Shown here one piece after another: positions 58,028 to 64,000 of a DNA stretch of 64,000 nucleotides (the stretch's first letter is position 1; every line of letters begins with the position of its first letter). The notes below the pieces were generated by a model. The model searched no databases, was not told the DNA's origin, and was given only the letters and a program-made list of their open reading frames with translations. This stretch comes from Flavobacteriales bacterium (GTDB taxonomy: Bacteria > Bacteroidota > Bacteroidia > Flavobacteriales > BACL11): assembly GCA_002705205.1 (NCBI GenBank), contig PAHP01000007.1, positions 54,866 through 118,865 of the forward strand. Direction: 5' to 3'. The translations under genes and the position numbers were made by a program.

Positions 58028-60127
58028 ATGGCAACACTTCAAAAAATTAGAAATAAATCATGGTTATTATTAGCAGTTATTGGAATAGCAATGCTTGCTT
58101 TTATTTTAGGTGATTTATTTAAATCAACCAATTCATCTGGAGGTAATGGATTATATGTAGGGAATGTATTAGGAGAGGATGTTTTAAGGCAAGTATTTGA
58201 ACAAAAAGTTGATGAAGGGATCGAAAATTGGAAGAATCAGAATCAGACCACTGTATTAACTCAAACAACTATTGGGCAGATTAGATCGCAAATATGGGAG
58301 CAATATGTAAGGGATTTAGTGATGGAGGAGGAGTATGCAAAATTAGGAATTAACGTTTCTGATGATGAGTTTTTTGAATTATTACAAGGAGTAAATGTAC
58401 ATCCAGAAATTAGTAAGGTGCCTGCTTTTCAGGATCCAGCAACTGGTAGATTTGATAGAGCCAGAGTGCTTGGTTACTTAAAGCAGATTGATCAAGATCA
58501 AACAGGTGAAGCCCGTAGTAGATGGATTGGATTTCAGAAGTATTTAGTAGGATTGATTAAAACTTCAAAATATAATTCATTAGTAGAAGAATCTATGTAT
58601 ACTACTAATGAAGAAGCAAGGATAAATTTTAACTCAAATTCCCAGAATGTAACATTTAATTATGTTTCAATTCCATTCTCATCCATTGATGATTCGGAGA
58701 TTGAGCCAACAGAACGTGAGATTAATTCTTATTATTCTAATCATAAACTAGAGTACCAACAAGATCCGTCTAAGGATGTTGATTTTGTAGTTTTCTCAGT
58801 TGTTCCTTCATTAGAAGATGATGCTGCAACAAAAATGGCAATCACTGAATTAGTCTCTGATTTTGAAACTTATGACGATTACGACTTAATGGCAAGGAGA
58901 AATTCAGACAATACAGAATCAAGGTTTGTATTTTCCTCTGAATCTGAGATGCAAGATGATAATTGGGTAAACTTATTTCAGGCTGATGAAGGGACAGTGT
59001 ATGGGCCTTATGAAGTTAGTAAAGGTATTTACAGAATTGCAAAATTAGCTTCTGTTCAGAATAGACCTGATTCAGTAGAAGCTAGACATATCCTGATAAA
59101 ACCAACTCAATCAATGAGTTTAGATTCAGTAAATAATAGAATAGAAGTATTAAGATTAGCTATTGAAAATGGAAGCGATTTTGGCGACTTAGCTCAAAAA
59201 TATTCAGAAGATCAGGGGTCAGCAATAAAAGGTGGTGATTTAGGTTGGTTTTCTGAGGGAGTGATGGTTGATGAGTTTAATGAAGCTTGTTTTACATCAA
59301 AGAAAGGTAGCTTGTCTGTTGTAAATTCACAATTTGGAGTTCATCTTATTCAAGTTACGAAAACAAGTAGAAAAGTGAAGAAAGCTAAGATTGCTTATAT
59401 TGATAGGATTGTTGAACCAAGTACAGAGACATTTAATTCTTTCTATAATCAAGCAGCTCAGTTTGCTGGAAGTATTCTTAACGAAGGAGAGATTTTTGAC
59501 ACTTTAATCGCTAAAAATAATTTAGTTAAAAGGAGTGACAATAAGGTTACTGTAAATAAACAAGCAATCGCAGGACTTCCAAACTCAAGAGAGATGGTAA
59601 GATGGATGCATACAGCTGAGGTAGGTGATGTTTCTGAGGTGTTTCAGTTTGATAATGCATATGTTGTAGCATATTTGAAGAAAGAATATATAGGTGAGAT
59701 AGCATCTCTTGTAGATATCCAAGAACAAATTACAGCTCTTGTAGTGAAAGAGAAGAAGGCTATGAAGATATCAGAAGGTATCTCTTCAACAGATTTAGCT
59801 TCTATTGCAAAAGAAAATTCTGTTTCTGTTTTCAAGGATCAAAAGGCTACTTTCGCAAACTTAAGTATTCAAGGGATTGGCTATGAGCCTGAACTAGTTG
59901 GATGTGTCTTTTCTACAGATGTTGGAAGAATTTCTAAGCCTATTATAGGTCAGAATTCAGTTTTTATAGTTGAAGTAACTTCTAAGGACGAATCAAAATT
60001 ATCTGGAGATTTCTCACAACAAAAGAATCAAATAGAGAATCAAATCAGTTCCTATGCTAATGGAGCTTCATATAATGCTTTAAAAGAAGCTGCGAAAGTT
60101 CAAGATAACAGAGCAGATTTTTATTAA
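58028..60127 (+). CDS. PpiD/SurA-like periplasmic chaperone with parvulin PPIase domain
   Basis: MATLQKIR plus TM anchor (AFILGD); parvulin motifs ARHILI, FGDLAQKYSED.GS..KGGDLGWF and SQFGVHLIQV. Confidence 0.92.
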   Translation: MATLQKIRNKSWLLLAVIGIAMLAFILGDLFKSTNSSGGNGLYVGNVLGEDVLRQVFEQKVDEGIENWKNQNQTTVLTQTTIGQIRSQIWEQYVRDLVMEEEYAKLGINVSDDEFFELLQGVNVHPEISKVPAFQDPATGRFDRARVLGYLKQIDQDQTGEARSRWIGFQKYLVGLIKTSKYNSLVEESMYTTNEEARINFNSNSQNVTFNYVSIPFSSIDDSEIEPTEREINSYYSNHKLEYQQDPSKDVDFVVFSVVPSLEDDAATKMAITELVSDFETYDDYDLMARRNSDNTESRFVFSSESEMQDDNWVNLFQADEGTVYGPYEVSKGIYRIAKLASVQNRPDSVEARHILIKPTQSMSLDSVNNRIEVLRLAIENGSDFGDLAQKYSEDQGSAIKGGDLGWFSEGVMVDEFNEACFTSKKGSLSVVNSQFGVHLIQVTKTSRKVKKAKIAYIDRIVEPSTETFNSFYNQAAQFAGSILNEGEIFDTLIAKNNLVKRSDNKVTVNKQAIAGLPNSREMVRWMHTAEVGDVSEVFQFDNAYVVAYLKKEYIGEIASLVDIQEQITALVVKEKKAMKISEGISSTDLASIAKENSVSVFKDQKATFANLSIQGIGYEPELVGCVFSTDVGRISKPIIGQNSVFIVEVTSKDESKLSGDFSQQKNQIENQISSYANGASYNALKEAAKVQDNRADFY

Positions 60128-60144
60128 GGATAATACGAAAAAAT

Positions 60145-60178
60145 AAAAAATGCTCATCAGAAATGATGGGCATTTTTT
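60145..60178. terminator. Bidirectional terminator between the PpiD-like gene and rodA
   Basis: AAAAAATGCTCATCA-GAAA-TGATGGGCATTTTTT; overlaps the rodA stop codon. Confidence 0.82.
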
Positions 60179-61439
60179 ATCTTAGTATTTGTAATCTATA
60201 TGAGTCAAGGTTAAGAAATATAAATAGCAAAATAGTAAATCCTAATAATGACGACCCTCCATAACTAATAAAAGGAAGTGGTATGCCAATAGTTGGCATT
60301 AGTCCAATTGTCATTCCTATATTAATAAAGAAATGCATGAATAAGATTGTAGCAACGCTATATCCATAAATCCTGCTGAAGTTTGATCTTTGTCTTTCAG
60401 CAAGGAATAGAATTCTTAAAATGAGACCAATAAACACTGAAATAAATAATAAGCTTCCAAGAAATCCCCATTCCTCTCCAATAGTACAGAATATGAAGTC
60501 TGTACTTTGTTCAGGAACAAAATCAAATCTAGTTTGGGTTCCATTTAAAAATCCTTTACCATAAATCCCTCCACTACCAATTGCAATTTTTGATTGGATC
60601 AGATTATACCCAGCTCCATGCGGGTCAATTTCTTTGCCTAGAAGTACATTTATTCTTGTTCTATGATGAGGAGCAAGCACATCATTAAAGATGTAGTTAA
60701 CACTAAAAATAAAAGATATTGTTATAACAAGAAGAGAAAATAGAGCTATTATTGCTTTTTTCTTTTTTCTTGATAGTATAATTAGTATTGCAATTATTCC
60801 ACTAATAATACTACTTAGAAGTAATTTTTCTATTAAAAGAGAGAGTATAAATAATATGCCTATAATTAAACCGAATATTAAAATATTTCCTGATAATCCT
60901 TCTCGATACAGTACAAATATAAATGCAGTAAAGATAAGAGCTGTTCCTAGATCATTCTGCAAAATAATTAATAAAAATGGAAGTAGGATAATACTGTATG
61001 TTTTTATCTTTTCCCTTGTTGGGATATGCTTACTGTGTATATTATTATAATACCTAGCTAATGCTAAAGCAGTAATAAATTTAGCAAATTCAGAAGGTTG
61101 AAACTTAAATACTCCTAATTCAAACCAAGATGATGCCCCACCAGTGATTGCTCCTTGAAATAATACCCATATTAGCAATAGGACTATTAAAATGTAGAAT
61201 AGGTAAGTTAAAGAGTAAAAGAATTTCCAATCAATTATAAGAATAACAAATGCGGTAAATGCTGAAATACCGACAAATAAGATCTGCTTTCCATATCTGC
61301 TTGCTATATTTATAGCAAATTTTGTTTCGTCATTGTATTGAGATGCATATATGTTTACAATACCAAAAAGCACTAATATTGTATATAGCAATATACTTAT
61401 CATATCAATATTATCAAATATGTTTTTTGCTTTTCTCAT
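60177..61439 (-). CDS. rodA: Rod shape-determining SEDS protein RodA
   Basis: FQPSEFAK, QNDLGTA, GYNLIQSKIAIGSGG, PEQSTDFIF and LPFISYGGSS. Confidence 0.96.
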   Translation of the reverse strand: MRKAKNIFDNIDMISILLYTILVLFGIVNIYASQYNDETKFAINIASRYGKQILFVGISAFTAFVILIIDWKFFYSLTYLFYILIVLLLIWVLFQGAITGGASSWFELGVFKFQPSEFAKFITALALARYYNNIHSKHIPTREKIKTYSIILLPFLLIILQNDLGTALIFTAFIFVLYREGLSGNILIFGLIIGILFILSLLIEKLLLSSIISGIIAILIILSRKKKKAIIALFSLLVITISFIFSVNYIFNDVLAPHHRTRINVLLGKEIDPHGAGYNLIQSKIAIGSGGIYGKGFLNGTQTRFDFVPEQSTDFIFCTIGEEWGFLGSLLFISVFIGLILRILFLAERQRSNFSRIYGYSVATILFMHFFINIGMTIGLMPTIGIPLPFISYGGSSLLGFTILLFIFLNLDSYRLQILR

Positions 61440-63262
61440 TTATTAACAATTAGATTGCCGTTAATAATAACATCTTCAAGAGCTATTCTACTTGTCTTTT
61501 TGTTAATATAGTTTTCAATCATTAATGATGCTATTGGTGAAGCCCATGTTGAGCCCCATCCGCCATTTTCAACATATACCGCAATAGCAATTTTTGGGTC
61601 TTCTTTTGGTGCAAAGGCAATAAATATTGAATGATCCTCTCCATGAGGATTCTGAGCTGTTCCAGTTTTACCGCAGATTTGTAATTCTGGGATTTTAGCA
61701 TTTCTAGCAGTACCATGTTCTCCTTCTGTAACTTTTAGCATTCCTTCAATTATAGTATTGAAATATTTTGACTCAATAGTGCAATACTTTTTCTTTATGA
61801 AGTTAGTATCAATTGATTCTTCTCCTGATATCTTCTTGATAATATGAGGTGTATAGTAGAAGCCCTTATTAGCAATTATAGCTGTCATGTTTGCCATCTG
61901 GATAGGTGTTAATAGTAGTTCTCCTTGGCCAATTGCCATTGAGATGATTGTATTGGCATTCCAACTTCTTCTGTAAAGTTCATCAAAATAAGATGCTTTT
62001 GGTAGCTTACCAGTAGAGCCTGTAATAAAATCATTATTCATATAGCTTCCTATCCCAAAGCTAGCAACATGATTACTCCAATTATTATAAGCCTCAATAG
62101 TAGAACTATATTTGCTGAAATATTTCTCGTAAATATTACAGAAATAGGTGTTGCATGAAAGTTCTATTCCTTTTCTAAGATTTAGTGGAGTTTGGTGAGC
62201 GTGACAGCCAACATTTTTATCATTTCCGTAGCTATAACCATTATCTCCGGCACAGCTAAAACTATTATATTTAGTAATAACTCCTTCTTGTAAAGCGATT
62301 ACGCCATTAATAAGCTTAAATATAGATCCTGGAGGATAAGTTCCTTGCAATGCTCTATTAAAAAGTGGTTTATTCTTGTCTTCTGATAGAGCCTTGTAAT
62401 TATCAGATCTTTTTCTTCCGATTAATTGGTTTGGATTGTATGAGGGGGCAGAGACTAAAGCAATAATTTCTCCACTTGAAGGCTCAATAGCTACAATCGC
62501 ACCAATTTTATTTGTCATTAACTTTTCTCCATATTTTTGCAATTCAATATTAATAGTTGAGATTAAAGTTTTACCAGGGATTGGTAAGGTGTCAAACTTC
62601 CCATTTTGAAATTTCCCTTGATCTCGATTATGTACATCAACAAGCTTTATTGCCATGCCTTTTTCTCCTCTTAGATATTCTTCATATGCAGCTTCTACAC
62701 CACTTACTCCATTTAAATCTCCTTTTGTGTAGAAGGGATCTTCTTTTGTTTTTCTACTATTCACCTCTCCTAGATATCCTATTAAATGTGTAGAAGAATT
62801 AGTTGGATATTCTCGCATTGTAAGCTTTCTTAAATAGAAGCCAGGGAATTCGTATAAGCTTTCTCCTAAGGTGCTTGAGTTCTCTTTACTTATGTGTTTT
62901 ATAAAAACACTTTCTTTATAAGTAGAGTAATTTGAAGCTTTTTTATATCTCTCAAGAAATTCTGCTTTAGAGATCTCAACAAGCTTGCAAAATTTTAAGG
63001 TATCCATTGTTCTTCCTCTCATATCCTTTGGGATAATCATTAAATCATATGCAGGAACGTTTGCAACGATAAGATTGCTGTCTCTATCATAGATTAGCCC
63101 TCTTACAGCTTGTTGCACGTCATACCTTAAGACATTATTATTCGCTGAGAATTTATAATTTTCATTAATTACCTGAATATAAAATAGTTTTGACAAGAAA
63201 ATAACTGTAATTATTAGAAAAATACCAATAATTATTTTGCTTCTATCTTTGTGTCTTCTCAT
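61436..63262 (-). CDS. mrdA: Penicillin-binding protein 2
   Basis: RGLIYDR, catalytic PGSIFK (SxxK), SCN, IGQG and GKTGTAQ. Confidence 0.95.
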   Translation of the reverse strand: MRRHKDRSKIIIGIFLIITVIFLSKLFYIQVINENYKFSANNNVLRYDVQQAVRGLIYDRDSNLIVANVPAYDLMIIPKDMRGRTMDTLKFCKLVEISKAEFLERYKKASNYSTYKESVFIKHISKENSSTLGESLYEFPGFYLRKLTMREYPTNSSTHLIGYLGEVNSRKTKEDPFYTKGDLNGVSGVEAAYEEYLRGEKGMAIKLVDVHNRDQGKFQNGKFDTLPIPGKTLISTINIELQKYGEKLMTNKIGAIVAIEPSSGEIIALVSAPSYNPNQLIGRKRSDNYKALSEDKNKPLFNRALQGTYPPGSIFKLINGVIALQEGVITKYNSFSCAGDNGYSYGNDKNVGCHAHQTPLNLRKGIELSCNTYFCNIYEKYFSKYSSTIEAYNNWSNHVASFGIGSYMNNDFITGSTGKLPKASYFDELYRRSWNANTIISMAIGQGELLLTPIQMANMTAIIANKGFYYTPHIIKKISGEESIDTNFIKKKYCTIESKYFNTIIEGMLKVTEGEHGTARNAKIPELQICGKTGTAQNPHGEDHSIFIAFAPKEDPKIAIAVYVENGGWGSTWASPIASLMIENYINKKTSRIALEDVIINGNLIVNK

Positions 63263-63762
63263 TTTTTTGAAGCTCTAAAGAGATCTAATATTAGAATAAG
63301 GATCAATGTCAACAGACTACTTGCTGTCGATTTAACTAATATAGGTAGACTAAGATTTAAATGCTCTAGAATAAAGAGCAAGCTATTATGAACAACAATT
63401 ATTATTAAGGAGAATGTAATAAATGATTTAGTCCCAATTTTATTTAAAGTAATTTCATCTGTATCTGCTAGAACATTATGTGGGATAGTAATTTTTGATA
63501 TAGCAGGCTTTATAAAAGCAATAAACACTGTTGCTGTTGAGTGGAATCCTAAACTTCCGCTGAAGAGGTCAATAAAGAATCCTAGTAAGAAAGCGTAAGA
63601 TAGTAAAAACCATTTAGGAGTTTTTAGAGGTAAGCTAATTATAAGTGCTAAGTAAAGATAAGGATTGATGTAAGTAAAGAATAATATTTCATTTAACACT
63701 AGTACTTGTAAAAGAACAAATAATGGTAGCATAGTGAAGTATTTAATAAGATGCTTATTCAT
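63259..63762 (-). CDS. mreD: Rod shape-determining protein MreD
   Basis: LLQVLVLN, INPYLY and AFLLGFFIDLF...G.H; lies between mreC and mrdA. Confidence 0.9.
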   Translation of the reverse strand: MNKHLIKYFTMLPLFVLLQVLVLNEILFFTYINPYLYLALIISLPLKTPKWFLLSYAFLLGFFIDLFSGSLGFHSTATVFIAFIKPAISKITIPHNVLADTDEITLNKIGTKSFITFSLIIIVVHNSLLFILEHLNLSLPILVKSTASSLLTLILILILDLFRASKK

Positions 63763-64000
63763 ATTTTGTAATCTGTTCTAATTGTAATTGTTCATCAGAT
63801 TGTGATGAATGTACTACATATACATATCTTAAATTGTTAAAGTCTTCAAATAGACTCACATTCACTGTGTAAAAACCATCATCATTGTTTTTCTTGAAAT
63901 TAGAGATAGTACCAATATTTACTCCTTCTGGGTAGATGTTGCTGTAGCTATTAGTTATGATTGTATCTCCAATATTTAGTGGGATATGAACGGGTAAATC
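63755..64000 (-). CDS. mreC: Rod shape-determining protein MreC, C-terminal fragment cut by the window edge
   Basis: Manual translation, not in the ORF track: DLPVHIPLNIGDTIITNSYSNIYPEGVNIGTI...FYTVNVSLFEDFNNLRYVYVV...KYE*. Confidence 0.9.
   Translation of the reverse strand, partial: DLPVHIPLNIGDTIITNSYSNIYPEGVNIGTISNFKKNNDDGFYTVNVSLFEDFNNLRYVYVVHSSQSDEQLQLEQITKYE

Noticed and set aside
1339..62793. Many 60-160 aa shadow ORFs in the track (for example 1339-1563, 3663-4007, 20416-20886, 43691-43963)
   Set aside because: All lie within or opposite confidently assigned genes and show no recognisable motifs.

Overview
AT-rich chromosomal segment of a Bacteroidota bacterium, most like a compact marine Flavobacteriales genome (T9SS translocon SprA, T9SS C-terminal-domain cargos, TAnnTTTG promoter boxes, no Shine-Dalgarno motifs, short intergenic spaces). 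From left to right it holds: alternative complex III (actB partial to actF); ruvB; a minus-strand envelope/redox cluster (Omp28-type CxxC T9SS cargo, TlpA thioredoxin, DUF6029-like barrel, Omp28-type CxxC lipoprotein, DUF6588-like barrel, porin-like barrel, ubiX) with a divergent Cys-rich T9SS cargo; ruvA-sprA-gcvH-tonB; cysCDN divergent from a deoC-cysQ-wzx-three sulfotransferases-wzy-GH-like-GT-gmhAB-wecA polysaccharide locus; a remB/Wzi-like gene; tsaB; a DEAD-box helicase; gcvP; two tandem T9SS paralogs; tRNA-Phe; coaX to lptC; a CBS/hemolysin-family gene; a PpiD-like gene; and rodA-mrdA-mreD-mreC (partial). No mobile element or CRISPR array was seen. The best candidates for an undescribed system are (1) a putative thiol-disulfide relay across the outer membrane, with three CxxC thioredoxin-fold proteins in different compartments and two unrelated proteins sharing an FCxGGxC motif, and (2) a sulfated surface-polysaccharide pathway with a heparanase-like GH. 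Family assignments come from motif recognition and recall only; no database searches were run.
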